This document shows positions 1 through 9,094 of a DNA stretch of 64,000 nucleotides, one piece after another. The notes below the pieces were generated by a model that was given only the letters and a program-made list of their open reading frames with translations, was not told the origin of the DNA and searched no databases. Each line of letters starts with the position of its first letter. Position 1 is the first letter of the stretch. The position numbers and the translations under genes were made by a program. Source of the stretch: Patescibacteria group bacterium (GTDB taxonomy: Bacteria > Patescibacteriota > Patescibacteriia > Magasanikbacterales > JBBTQS01); contig JBBTQS010000001.1 in the NCBI GenBank assembly GCA_038065555.1, positions 467,901 through 531,900 of the forward strand, given 5' to 3'.

Positions 1-835
1 CCTTATATGTCACGCGTGGAAATGGTTTTTGCTTGATCGTGTAGCCGAGTTTCTCCATGACGAGAATAGTCATCTCTTCGAGGGTCTGCATGACGTCCTC
101 GCGGTTCACAAAGCTCATTTCCAAGTCGAGCTGCGTGAACTCAAATCCACGATCTGCTCGAGGATCTTCGTCGCGGAAGCAGCGTGCAATCTGGAAATAC
201 CGCTCAATACCACCCACCATCAAGAGCTGCTTGTACTGCTGCGGACTCTGTGGGAGCGCGAAGAACTTACCAGGCTGGAGGCGTGATGGAATGATGAAGT
301 CGCGCGATCCCTCAGGCGTCGACTGTGTGAGATACGGCGTCTCGACTTCCACGAAATCCTTCGCGAAGAAATACTCGCGCATGAGCCGAACCATTTCGCT
401 GCGCAAACGCACGTTGCGCTGCACACGCTCACTGCGCATATCGAGATAGCGATGCTTGAGACGCAATTCTTCGGTAACAGGCGAGGTGTCTCGGTCAATT
501 TCGAACGGAAGCGCTGGACAGGTCGCGAGTACTGCTACGCGCTTCGCAAGTACCTCAACAGTACCAGTCTTCATGTCCGGATTAATCTGCTTCGCGCCAC
601 GCGCCTGCACCACACCATGGATTTCCAGCACAAATTCACCACGAATCGTGTCGAGCGTTGCAGCAGACTCTGCATCGAGCTCAGCAGGAACGCACACAAC
701 TTGCACAATGCCTGAGCGATCGCGCACATCAAGAAAAACAATCTTGCCCATGTTGCGGCGGGCCAACACCCATCCTTTGAGGAGCACCTCGGATCCTTCG
801 CGTCCAACGGTTTCTACTGCAGTGCTTCGTTCCAT
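1..835 (-). CDS. aspS: Aspartyl-tRNA synthetase, bacterial type. This is the N-terminal part; the gene runs off the left edge of the window.
   Basis: Reverse-strand translation from an ATG at about 835 reads MERSTAVETVGREGSEVLLKGWVLARRNMGKIVFLDVRDRSGIVQVV...FFALPQSPQQYKQLLMVGGIERYFQIARCFRDEDPRADRGFEFTQLDLEMSF, which is the class II AspRS OB-fold plus motif 1/2 region. The frame stays open to nt 1. It is absent from the ORF track because no stop lies inside the window. Confidence 0.85.
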   Translation of the reverse strand, partial: MERSTAVETVGREGSEVLLKGWVLARRNMGKIVFLDVRDRSGIVQVVCVPAELDAESAATLDTIRGEFVLEIHGVVQARGAKQINPDMKTGTVEVLAKRVAVLATCPALPFEIDRDTSPVTEELRLKHRYLDMRSERVQRNVRLRSEMVRLMREYFFAKDFVEVETPYLTQSTPEGSRDFIIPSRLQPGKFFALPQSPQQYKQLLMVGGIERYFQIARCFRDEDPRADRGFEFTQLDLEMSFVNREDVMQTLEEMTILVMEKLGYTIKQKPFPRVTYK

Positions 836-839
836 AGTC

Positions 840-2135
840 TTACGGATAAATTCTTGAAATCGTTCGTGGGAACGGAATCGTCTCACGAATGTGATGTACA
901 CCTGTCATCCACGCAACCATACGCTCGAGACCAATGCCAAATCCTGCATGAGGAACCGAGCCATACTTGCGCAAATCGAGATACCACTGGAATGCCTCAA
1001 GCGACAATCCTTCATACTCAATCTTGGACTTGAGTGTCTCGTAATCATCTTCACGCTGCGAGCCACCAATAATCTCGCCATACCCATCTGGTGCAACGAG
1101 ATCGGCACACAACACCGTCCCAGGATTGGTTGGGTCTGGCTTCATATAGAACGCCTTGATGTGCGCTGGCCAGTTGGTGACAAATACCGGCTGACCGAAC
1201 TCCTTCGTGAGCAACGTCTCATCGTCATTGCCGAGATCCTCGTCTTCCTTGATATCAGATCCATGCGCCTGGAGATATTTCACAGCTTCTGCATGTGTCA
1301 TGCGCACAAATCCAGTCTTGATGCGCTCAAGCGCCGTCACATCGCGCTCAAGAATTGCCAGCTCTGGTCGGTTGAGCTCGAGCACGCGCGTAATAATGTG
1401 CATGACCATCGCCTCCTGCACCTCCATGTTCATTTTTTGATCATGAAACGCCATTTCTGCGTCCATCATCCAGAATTCTGTGAGATGTCGACGTGTTTTG
1501 CTCTTCTCCGCACGAAATACTGGACCAAAGTCGAACACCTTGCCCAGCGACATGATCGCCGCCTCAATATAGAGCTGCCCCGACTGCGACAAATACGCGG
1601 TGCCTTCTTCGAAGTACGGCACCTCGAAGAGCGTCGTCGTCCCTTCGCACGCATTAGGCGTCAAAATCGGCGAATCAATCTTCGTGAACCCATTACTGTT
1701 GAAATATTCGTAAATCGCGTTGATCACTGTGTTGCGCACACGCTGAATCGCCCACTGCGATGGCGCACGCAACCAAAGATGACGATTCTCCATCAAGAAA
1801 TCCGGACCATGTTCCTTTTTGCCAATCGGATACTCCTGCGCAACCGATACGATCTCCAATCCCCGCACCTGCAACTCGTACTCCTCTTTCTTTGGATGCT
1901 TCGCGACTACGCCTGTGACGTAGACAGATGTTTCGAGCGTGATTGTCTGTGCTGCTTCCCAGACTGCATCATCAGCATCCTGCTTGTTCAGGATTGCTTG
2001 GACAAACCCTGACCCATCGCGAATTTGGAGGAACATGATGCTCCCCGACGAGCGAAAATTGTATACCCACCCCCCGAGCGTGACCTCAGACCCTACAAAT
2101 TCGCCTAATTTTGCAACCGGAGTAAGTGTTTTCAT
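840..2135 (-). CDS. asnS: Asparaginyl-tRNA synthetase
   Basis: The 431-aa product carries class IIb signatures: FGPVFRAEKSKTRRHLTEFWMMDAEMAF, GGSQREDDYE and HAGFGIGLERMVAWMTGVHHIRETIPFPR. The length is typical of AsnRS. Confidence 0.85.
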   Translation of the reverse strand: MKTLTPVAKLGEFVGSEVTLGGWVYNFRSSGSIMFLQIRDGSGFVQAILNKQDADDAVWEAAQTITLETSVYVTGVVAKHPKKEEYELQVRGLEIVSVAQEYPIGKKEHGPDFLMENRHLWLRAPSQWAIQRVRNTVINAIYEYFNSNGFTKIDSPILTPNACEGTTTLFEVPYFEEGTAYLSQSGQLYIEAAIMSLGKVFDFGPVFRAEKSKTRRHLTEFWMMDAEMAFHDQKMNMEVQEAMVMHIITRVLELNRPELAILERDVTALERIKTGFVRMTHAEAVKYLQAHGSDIKEDEDLGNDDETLLTKEFGQPVFVTNWPAHIKAFYMKPDPTNPGTVLCADLVAPDGYGEIIGGSQREDDYETLKSKIEYEGLSLEAFQWYLDLRKYGSVPHAGFGIGLERMVAWMTGVHHIRETIPFPRTISRIYP

Positions 2136-2143
2136 ATGGAATA

Positions 2144-2173
2144 ACTCTACCAGAGAGTGGACCCCCTTGACAA
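2144..2173 (-). promoter_or_regulatory. Sigma-70-like promoter for asnS: TTGTCA, 18-nt spacer, TAGAGT. The -10 ends about 8 nt before the ATG, so the mRNA is leaderless or nearly so.
   Basis: Read on the reverse strand directly upstream of the asnS start codon. The same region also reads TTGACA-16-TAGTAT on the plus strand. Confidence 0.4.
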
Positions 2174-2663
2174 ATTTCTAGAATCTGGTAGTATTGGAAC
2201 CAATCGACGCCCTGAGATCGCTAATCGTGAGTGACGAAAGTCTCTCAAACGACAGCGACTCTGGAACGCCGGCTCGCCCATTTTGGTATACTATTCGCTG
2301 AAAAAGGGAAAACAGTGCCACTGTGCACCAAGGACTCACCTTTTCGACCATGCGATTGCGTTCACACCACTTGAACCAGGTGTAACACGAATTGCAAGGC
2401 CGGGCCTCTCATTGAATGAGTTGCCGCAGCGCTGGCGAAGAAATGTCGCCGATGGAATGGTGGAGAGCGTGTCGCTCCCTCCCCTAGCCGAGTCCAACGG
2501 CTAGTAGAACAGACAGTTCACAGAGCATCGACACGTGCAATGTGATAATGTGTGTGGCAAACGCGCCAAGAATCGGCCACCCAAGGTTCGTGGGTGGAAT
2601 AACAAGGGGCATGTAAGATGCTCAAGCCACACACCTAGGGACCGAAGAAAACGCGGAGTTTCG

Positions 2664-2701
2664 CGGTCCGCTCTGCGTCGCAAGACAAAGAGCGGACCGC
2701 A
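2664..2701 (-). terminator. Probable intrinsic terminator downstream of recO. It has a 12-bp perfect stem (GCGGTCCGCTCT/AGAGCGGACCGC) and a 14-nt loop, and on the minus strand it is followed by a TTTTCTT run.
   Basis: Inverted repeat read directly from the sequence, about 50 nt past the recO stop. Confidence 0.5.
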
Positions 2702-2753
2702 CCTATAACCAACACCCTCTTCCAAAGTAACTGCGGAAGGGGGTGTTTATTTA

Positions 2754-3293
2754 CTACAACTCCAAAATCGCCCAGGCGCGCAACGGCCGCTCGAAATACG
2801 TCTCCATCGTCGTTCGTACATGATGCGCTGGTGCTGCAAATCCAGCTGCCTCGAGAATGCGTCGGCCCAGCTGCTGTGACCACGCATCCACAAGTCCCGG
2901 AGTGAGTGTTTGCTCCTCCAAATACATTCTTGCAACCAGCAACACATCCCACAGCCCATGCTGCATATCTGCTTGTCGCTGTGTTTCCAAAATAATTGCA
3001 CACAAAAATTGTAAACCTTGCATCCCAAGAAGCGTCTCTCGCAACGCCGTTGGCACACGCACTGGCTCAGAAGAAATCACCCGATCAAATTGTTTTCCTT
3101 GCGCTGTAGTAAGGAATGTCACCGTCCCCGGCTCCAGACGCATGCGCTGCTTACTCGTGGATTTGCGTGCACCAATAGCAATCGCATCACACAACCCATG
3201 CGTGCGGGAATACCAACTAATACGGAGATCGTTTTCTTTGTGCGGACGCGCGGCAAGGACAATGGCATCGTGCGTGGTGAGGATCGTTGCCAT
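2754..3293 (-). CDS. recO: DNA repair protein RecO, short form (179 aa). Only the N-terminal OB-fold region is recognisable.
   Basis: The N-terminal pattern AIVLAARPHKENDLRISWYSRTHGLCDAIAIGARKSTSK resembles the RecO OB-fold. It sits beside ruvX/map, as in many genomes. There is no C-terminal zinc-finger region. Confidence 0.5.
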   Translation of the reverse strand: MATILTTHDAIVLAARPHKENDLRISWYSRTHGLCDAIAIGARKSTSKQRMRLEPGTVTFLTTAQGKQFDRVISSEPVRVPTALRETLLGMQGLQFLCAIILETQRQADMQHGLWDVLLVARMYLEEQTLTPGLVDAWSQQLGRRILEAAGFAAPAHHVRTTMETYFERPLRAWAILEL

Positions 3294-3302
3294 AGCGCAC
3301 CA

Positions 3303-3695
3303 TTACTCGTGATGCATTTCCAACCAGTCTTCGAGGAGCACCATGGCAGAACGCTCGTGAATACTCGATCCTGATCCACCGCGAGACGCAGCCTCACTAC
3401 TGGTGTGTGCTTCGGAATATGTCCGGACTTCACATGTCACCGCAGGGCGCAAAAGGTCTACAAATGTTTTGGTTCGTTTGGACTGTGCACTCTCATCACC
3501 TGAGAGCATGAGTGGCATACCCACAACGATCAGTCCGACTGATTCGCGCGCAACGTGCGCAGCAATCTGCGCGACGACTTGTGCATCATCAGTGCGTGCT
3601 ATGGTGCCATGCGGCAATGCAATACTCGTGCCGGCAGGCGCATACGCAAGTCCGACCCATTTGCTGCCGTAGTCTACGGCAAGGATATTTTTCAT
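3303..3695 (-). CDS. ruvX: Holliday-junction resolvase-like protein RuvX/YqgF
   Basis: The N-terminus MKNILAVDYGSKWVGLAYA matches the YqgF family. It is 130 aa and overlaps the end of map by 4 nt. Confidence 0.8.
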   Translation of the reverse strand: MKNILAVDYGSKWVGLAYAPAGTSIALPHGTIARTDDAQVVAQIAAHVARESVGLIVVGMPLMLSGDESAQSKRTKTFVDLLRPAVTCEVRTYSEAHTSSEAASRGGSGSSIHERSAMVLLEDWLEMHHE

Positions 3696-4489
3696 AGTTC
3701 ATCAGGTCGACGCGTTGCAACCACAGCTCCATCCTCAGTGATAATCACCGTGTGTTCGAAATGCGCAGAGTTCTTGCCGTCACGCGTCAGAATTGCCCAG
3801 CCATCACGCGCAATATCTACCTCATACGTACCTGCATTAATCATCGGCTCAATCGCAATGACCATGCCAGGAACCAACTTCTCAGTCGCAAACCGCTTGA
3901 GCCACACATTGGGAATATTTGGTTCTTCGTGTACTTCATGTCCCACACCATGTCCCACAAGCGCAACGACAATGCCATACCCAAATGGACGAATATATTC
4001 CTCCACCGCGCGACCAATATCAGCAATTGCAGATCCAGGTCCAACTGTTGCAATGGCGCGATACAACGACTGTTGCGTGCGTGTAAGGAGCTGCTGCGCT
4101 GATTGTGCAATAACACCCACGGGAACAGTGATAGCAGTATCTGTGAAAAGTCCTTTCTCTTTGCTCCCCTTCTTGTACGGCCACTCCATACCAATATCCA
4201 GACCAATAATGTCACCAGACTTGAGTGCGGTGTCGTTAGGAATACCATGCACAACCACCTCATTTACCGAGGTACACAATGTCGCTGGAAACCCTTTCTT
4301 GCCACCTGCCTTGTACCCCTTGAACGCTGGCTTGCCACCCACTTCAAGAATGCGACGCTCTGCAAGCGCGTCGAGCTCACGAGTCGTCACGCCAGGTGCA
4401 ACTGCTGCAGCAACTTCAGCCAGAATTTGGCCGAGCAATAGCCCACCTTCTTTAATTTTTGCAATTTCCTCGAGAGATTTGAGACGCAT
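3692..4489 (-). CDS. map: Methionine aminopeptidase type I
   Basis: Conserved MAP blocks: FKGYKAGGKKGFPATLCTSVNEVVVHGIP, HGVGHEVHEEP and IEPMINAG. I placed the start at the internal Met of MRLKSLEEIAK, 132 nt inside the track ORF 3692..4621. The longer ORF would overlap the next gene. Confidence 0.85.
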   Translation of the reverse strand: MRLKSLEEIAKIKEGGLLLGQILAEVAAAVAPGVTTRELDALAERRILEVGGKPAFKGYKAGGKKGFPATLCTSVNEVVVHGIPNDTALKSGDIIGLDIGMEWPYKKGSKEKGLFTDTAITVPVGVIAQSAQQLLTRTQQSLYRAIATVGPGSAIADIGRAVEEYIRPFGYGIVVALVGHGVGHEVHEEPNIPNVWLKRFATEKLVPGMVIAIEPMINAGTYEVDIARDGWAILTRDGKNSAHFEHTVIITEDGAVVATRRPDEL

Positions 4490-4500
4490 ACAAAGACAGC

Positions 4501-6267
4501 CTACCGCACCAGAGTGCTCGTGTCCATGGGCGTACTGTAGACTCGTACTTGCGCATCTTCGCGCACCAATTCCAGCCCTGCAACACGCGCCTCCAGATCG
4601 ATCTGCGCCGCGCGATACCAATACAAATGCACCACCACAAAGACTGGTCCTTCGATGCCTGCAATAGCCTCAGCAACCGACTGATGCAACAACACTTCTG
4701 ACCGAAGCGCGCTATCCCCCGTCGCATCCACAGGAAATCGAGATGGAAACCCATGTACTTTGAGCCCCGCTTGTGCGAAGACCTGATCACACAACACTGT
4801 GCCAGTAGTAATCCATTGCGCGCTGCGAATATCTGCACCCGAAACCACCCGCACCGTCGAACCTGCTGATGGATACATTGCGTACCAGCTCAACGTCATA
4901 GCAACTGCCAGAACAACAACCAGTGCGGCAGACTGCGTGCGTGCGGTGTATCTCGCTGCAGCGACTGCAATCGCCGGAACAATGACAACCAACGCGACGA
5001 GCAACAGGCGCCACGCATATTCATACTGATCAATCGCAGCAACATTCGGCGCCGGAACAAACATCCACAACAACACCGCGCTGATCCCAACACCAGCAAC
5101 AAGCCCACTCGCAACACGTCGATACATCTCAGGAACAAAAGAACGCGACTTCATGAGAATATATATTCCTGCAACCAAGAATCCCAATCGAACACCATAC
5201 GTGTTCATCACGAATTGCGCACCACTAACCCACGAATTCGCCTGTTCGAAAAATGGAACACCGCTGCGCATACGCATCCACCCAAACAATCCAACAAGTG
5301 CAAGCACAATCATGAACACACTACTTACCACGCTGACTCGTCCACGCACTCGCCACAACGCAATTGCTCCACTCAACGCTACAGGAATACCAATGAGCGG
5401 ATGAAGGAGACCCGTAGCGAGGATAAGTACTCCAAAAAACACTAAGACAGGGATCGTGTGCCTCGCTGCCAGCGGCGCAAGCAGCAGCAACACGACAGTC
5501 AACAATACTCCCGCACTCCACGGAGTAGACAGCACAAAAATCGGCACACTTACCACTCCCAGCAATACTGCAGCACGACGCGCTGTCAGCGCCTGCATCC
5601 CCCACAACACTTCAAATGCCCACGGAGCAACCCACGCCTGCATCATCGCCGCAGCTACCGGCACAATCCAAGTACTCAACAACGCAATGGGAATCGTAGT
5701 AACAAAATGTACTCCCGCCAACGCGGCGTAGTAGCTGCTATACAAGAACTGCAATGGCAACACCTGCCCATGCGCTACCACCTCACGTAGTGCTGCTTCA
5801 TGCACCACCGGATCAAATCCATACCCATGCACAAATACAAACTGCGCCAATCCGAATGTAACAAGCCCATGCAAGGCCAAAAGCATTCGACTCTCTTGAT
5901 TCCCGCGCATCAGGAGATACCACGTACCTAATCCGTACATCGCACAGACTACACCCGTAAGCCACGAACCGTACCACCACGGAGTAACCACTGCTGCATC
6001 AGTTCGCAACACCCACACTGGCGCAAGTACTATCGCAGCCACCAGTGCCTTGAGATACCACGCAACTGCGCCACCTTCACTTGAAGACACAACAGGAGCA
6101 GGTGCAGACTCGACGGAAACCCTTCGTGCCAACACCAACGCCAGCCCACCACTGATCACCAACACCACCACACTTGTAGCCAACGCAATCCCAAACAAAA
6201 AATATTGCGCTGTACACAGCGCAATACCCAACGAAATCCAGCTGATCGCAAAAATTACCAAGTTCAC
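4501..6267 (-). CDS. Polytopic integral membrane protein of 588 aa with at least 12 predicted TM helices and a ~120-aa C-terminal soluble domain. Function unknown; a GT-C-like glycosyltransferase is possible.
   Basis: Highly hydrophobic repetitive TM segments. A hydrophilic segment HGYGFDPVVHEAALREV follows the early helices. No confident family match. It is inserted between adk and map. Confidence 0.6.
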   Translation of the reverse strand: MNLVIFAISWISLGIALCTAQYFLFGIALATSVVVLVISGGLALVLARRVSVESAPAPVVSSSEGGAVAWYLKALVAAIVLAPVWVLRTDAAVVTPWWYGSWLTGVVCAMYGLGTWYLLMRGNQESRMLLALHGLVTFGLAQFVFVHGYGFDPVVHEAALREVVAHGQVLPLQFLYSSYYAALAGVHFVTTIPIALLSTWIVPVAAAMMQAWVAPWAFEVLWGMQALTARRAAVLLGVVSVPIFVLSTPWSAGVLLTVVLLLLAPLAARHTIPVLVFFGVLILATGLLHPLIGIPVALSGAIALWRVRGRVSVVSSVFMIVLALVGLFGWMRMRSGVPFFEQANSWVSGAQFVMNTYGVRLGFLVAGIYILMKSRSFVPEMYRRVASGLVAGVGISAVLLWMFVPAPNVAAIDQYEYAWRLLLVALVVIVPAIAVAAARYTARTQSAALVVVLAVAMTLSWYAMYPSAGSTVRVVSGADIRSAQWITTGTVLCDQVFAQAGLKVHGFPSRFPVDATGDSALRSEVLLHQSVAEAIAGIEGPVFVVVHLYWYRAAQIDLEARVAGLELVREDAQVRVYSTPMDTSTLVR

Positions 6268-6911
6268 AAACCCACGGCTGCAAAAACATCCTTCTGCACC
6301 GCTTCAATACTCTGCTGCCCATTAATGCGATGCACCAATCCCCGATCCGCATACACCGCAATAAGCGGCTGCGTCATTGCATGAAAAATTTCCAAACGCT
6401 TGCGGACTGCTTCCTCCACATCGTCCGCACGCTGTACGAGTTCCTCACCACACACGTCACACACACCTGCAACCTTCGAAGGATTGAAGTCCACGTGATA
6501 AATATGATTCTGTGTGCACTGCCGACGTCCTGTAATTCGACGAACTGCCTCGTCGTCGTCAATCTCAATCGCAATCACATGCGTAACAGTAGCAAATGTG
6601 TCGAGATCCTTCACCTGCTGCAGGTTACGAGGATACCCATCGAGAATCCAACCACCAACTGCGTCAGGCTCCTGCAATCTTGCAGCCACCAACGCGCCAC
6701 TTACTGAATCTGGAACCAAATTACCACCTTCAATAATAGCCTGGATCTGGACACCAATCTCTGTCTTACGCTTGATGTTGTCGCGCAACAACACCCCTGT
6801 TGAAATCGTGGGGATACACAAAGCCGCAGAGAGTCGTTCTCCCTGCGTGCCTTTGCCTGAGCCTTGGATACCCATGAGCAAGATGTGCTTTGGTCCCCCT
6901 AGTTCACCCAT
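6264..6911 (-). CDS. adk: Adenylate kinase
   Basis: P-loop GIQGSGKGTQ, ILDGYPRNLQQ, and a LID region with a Cys/His pattern (CTQNHIYH...VCDVCGEEL). 215 aa. Confidence 0.9.
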   Translation of the reverse strand: MGELGGPKHILLMGIQGSGKGTQGERLSAALCIPTISTGVLLRDNIKRKTEIGVQIQAIIEGGNLVPDSVSGALVAARLQEPDAVGGWILDGYPRNLQQVKDLDTFATVTHVIAIEIDDDEAVRRITGRRQCTQNHIYHVDFNPSKVAGVCDVCGEELVQRADDVEEAVRKRLEIFHAMTQPLIAVYADRGLVHRINGQQSIEAVQKDVFAAVGL

Positions 6912-6920
6912 ATCACCTAC

Positions 6921-7289
6921 CTATTTCTTGTGCTTCCAAACAATTGGGATAATACGTTTGCCAGCGATATCGTACGCTTGCTTCTCCGTGAAGTGGAACT
7001 TGTGCATCAACTTCGAAACCAGCGCGCGTTTGATATTCTCTGCATTCTCTTTTCCCTGATATTCCCAGCCATCACGATCTCCACCTTGCAGATCTCTCAC
7101 CACGTCATCAGCGATCGCATGTGCTGTCTCGTGATTCTTCAGATGATCGTACTTCTGCCCAATGAGCGGCTTCAGACTGTGATACACCTGTGATGCAACC
7201 TCGCGTCGTTCTCTGCCAGGACCTTTTTCACCGTGCTTGTTCTCACGGCGACCAGTAAATTGTCCGAGAATTCTATCAAGGAGTCCCAT
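6921..7289 (-). CDS. Hypothetical charged protein of 122 aa, tightly packed between secY and adk
   Basis: A clean ORF with K/E/R/H-rich, protein-like composition (...HETAHAIADDVVRDLQGGDRDGWEYQGKENAENIKRALVSKLMHKF...). The gaps to its neighbours are 9 nt and 26 nt. No recognisable family. Confidence 0.45.
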   Translation of the reverse strand: MGLLDRILGQFTGRRENKHGEKGPGRERREVASQVYHSLKPLIGQKYDHLKNHETAHAIADDVVRDLQGGDRDGWEYQGKENAENIKRALVSKLMHKFHFTEKQAYDIAGKRIIPIVWKHKK

Positions 7290-7315
7290 AGAGTGCGTTG
7301 GTTACGATGCGTGTA

Positions 7316-8599
7316 TTATACACCATCGTAACTGCGCATGCTCAATTGACCGTCGATTTGTTTCCAGGTTTCGATTGCTACACTTACAACGATGAGGATG
7401 CTGGTACCACCAATGCTCAACGCATTCGTACCGAGGAATCCCTGCACAACAAGTGGCAACACAGCGATAATCGAGAGGAAGAGTGCGCCAGCGAGTGTGA
7501 TGCGCATGATGACATTCGTGAGGTAGGTCGCTGTCTGAGAACCTGGACGAATACCTGGCACAAATGCACCTTGCTTTTGCAAATTCTCTGCCATGCGATC
7601 TGGGTGCACCACCACCGACGTGTAGAAGAAGGTGAAGGCGAAAACCAGAATGAAGTAGATAATGCCGTAGAAGGTCTGGTTCTGGAACATGCTCACAACC
7701 CAGTTAGCCGACGACGCAATCCAATCTGTCTGCGCGCGCACGAAGAACTGCGCGATAAGCGGTGGGAATGTCACCATCGAAATGGCGAAGATAATTGGAA
7801 TCACACCAGCCATGTTGACGCGAAGTGGCAATGACGTTGTCATACCAGATCCCACACGTGTCCCCTGCACTTGGCGTGCGTAAGACACTGGAATATTGCG
7901 CTGACCTTCGGTGATAAATACTACACCTACGATCGTAATAAGCACCAACACCACAATAGCGATCAAGAGTGGCAACTGTGATGGATCGTATGCGCCGATC
8001 AGGTTACCAATCGATGTTGGGAGCGAAGCAACGATACCTGCAAAAATGAGAAGTGAAATACCGTTACCCACCTTCTTCTCCGTGATCAACTCACCAATCC
8101 ACATGAGGAACGTCGTACCTGCAGTCGCCACCACCATAATAGTAAGGGTGTCGAACCAGGTCATATCAAGTGGCAAAATGTGCAACGATGAGCTGCGCAA
8201 CAACACAACGAGGCTATACGCCTGGATAAGTGCCAATGGAACAGAGAGATAACGAGTATACTGGTTGATCTTCTTCTGACCGAATTCACCATCCTTGGAC
8301 AATTCTTCGAGTCGTGGCACCACCATGGTGAGGAGCTGGAAGATAATTGACGAAGTGATGTACGGACCAACACCCAACATCAAGATGGAGAAGTTCTGCA
8401 ACGTACCACCAGAGAAAATGTTGAGGAGTCCGAGGAACTGGTTCCCTTCGAGGAAGAGACGCAAGTTATCTGTATTGATGCCTGGAACCGGGATGCTCGC
8501 GAGGAGTCGGAAGAGCACCAGCATTCCCAATACGTACAAGATGCTGTTGCGCAATTCCGGAATCGAGAAGATTTTTCGGAGGGTGTTCATAAACGGCAC
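7316..8599 (-). CDS. secY: Preprotein translocase subunit SecY
   Basis: 427-aa polytopic protein with SecY signatures (LGMLVLFRLLASIPVPGIN, GTTFLMWIGELITEKKVGNGISLLIF). It sits in the canonical position after rplO. Confidence 0.95.
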   Translation of the reverse strand: MPFMNTLRKIFSIPELRNSILYVLGMLVLFRLLASIPVPGINTDNLRLFLEGNQFLGLLNIFSGGTLQNFSILMLGVGPYITSSIIFQLLTMVVPRLEELSKDGEFGQKKINQYTRYLSVPLALIQAYSLVVLLRSSSLHILPLDMTWFDTLTIMVVATAGTTFLMWIGELITEKKVGNGISLLIFAGIVASLPTSIGNLIGAYDPSQLPLLIAIVVLVLITIVGVVFITEGQRNIPVSYARQVQGTRVGSGMTTSLPLRVNMAGVIPIIFAISMVTFPPLIAQFFVRAQTDWIASSANWVVSMFQNQTFYGIIYFILVFAFTFFYTSVVVHPDRMAENLQKQGAFVPGIRPGSQTATYLTNVIMRITLAGALFLSIIAVLPLVVQGFLGTNALSIGGTSILIVVSVAIETWKQIDGQLSMRSYDGV

Positions 8600-8646
8600 A
8601 TGAATGTTCGGCTAGCCACAACGGCCGGCCAAAAGACAGGCGTGGA

Positions 8647-9090
8647 TTACGCCTTCACCGAACCGCCAGCTTTTTCGATAGCTTCCTTAGCACTTGGGCT
8701 AACGGCGCAGCCAGCAACAGAGACTTTGCTTCGCATCTCACCGCCACCAACAATCTTCACCGCACCATACTGGGCAATGAGACCGAGCTTGAGGAGAGAG
8801 TGTGGAGTTACACGTCCTTCTGCCTTGCCTGCAAAAGCAGACGAGAGCATAGCGAGCGTAACAGTGTATGCCTTTGGAGCGAGACTCTTGAAGCCACGGT
8901 TCTTCGGCAAGTTGCGCAAGTTCATCATGAGTGAGCGACGGCTGATGCGATTGCTACCACCAGTACGTGCGCGCTGACCCTTGATACCACGACCACAGTA
9001 GTTGCCGTGTTTGCTGTCGCCACGACCAACACGCGTGCGGTTGCGGCGGCTCAGGGTATTCTTTTTGAGTGCGTGTGCAAGCGTTGACAT
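8647..9090 (-). CDS. rplO: 50S ribosomal protein L15
   Basis: RGDSKHGNYCGRGIKGQRARTGG... is typical of L15. 147 aa. Confidence 0.9.
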   Translation of the reverse strand: MSTLAHALKKNTLSRRNRTRVGRGDSKHGNYCGRGIKGQRARTGGSNRISRRSLMMNLRNLPKNRGFKSLAPKAYTVTLAMLSSAFAGKAEGRVTPHSLLKLGLIAQYGAVKIVGGGEMRSKVSVAGCAVSPSAKEAIEKAGGSVKA

Positions 9091-9094
9091 ACGG

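Noticed and set aside
891-2012. 373-aa plus-strand ORF opposite asnS
   Set aside because: It is antisense to AsnRS, which has clear class II motifs.
2136-2753. RNase P RNA, tmRNA, SRP RNA or T-box leader in the recO-asnS gap
   Set aside because: I looked on both strands for the P4/CR-I block (AGGAAAGUCCGGGC), for GGUAAGAGCGCACC, for tmRNA ends, for the SRP motif GGAAGCAGCC and for the T-box AGGGUGGNACCGCG. None was present.
3555-4667. 370-aa plus-strand ORF across map
   Set aside because: It is antisense to methionine aminopeptidase. The product is Ser/Cys/Pro/Thr-rich junk.
6514-7059. 181-aa plus-strand ORF overlapping the adk start and the 122-aa ORF
   Set aside because: It is antisense to adk, which has its P-loop on the minus strand. 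The composition is not protein-like.
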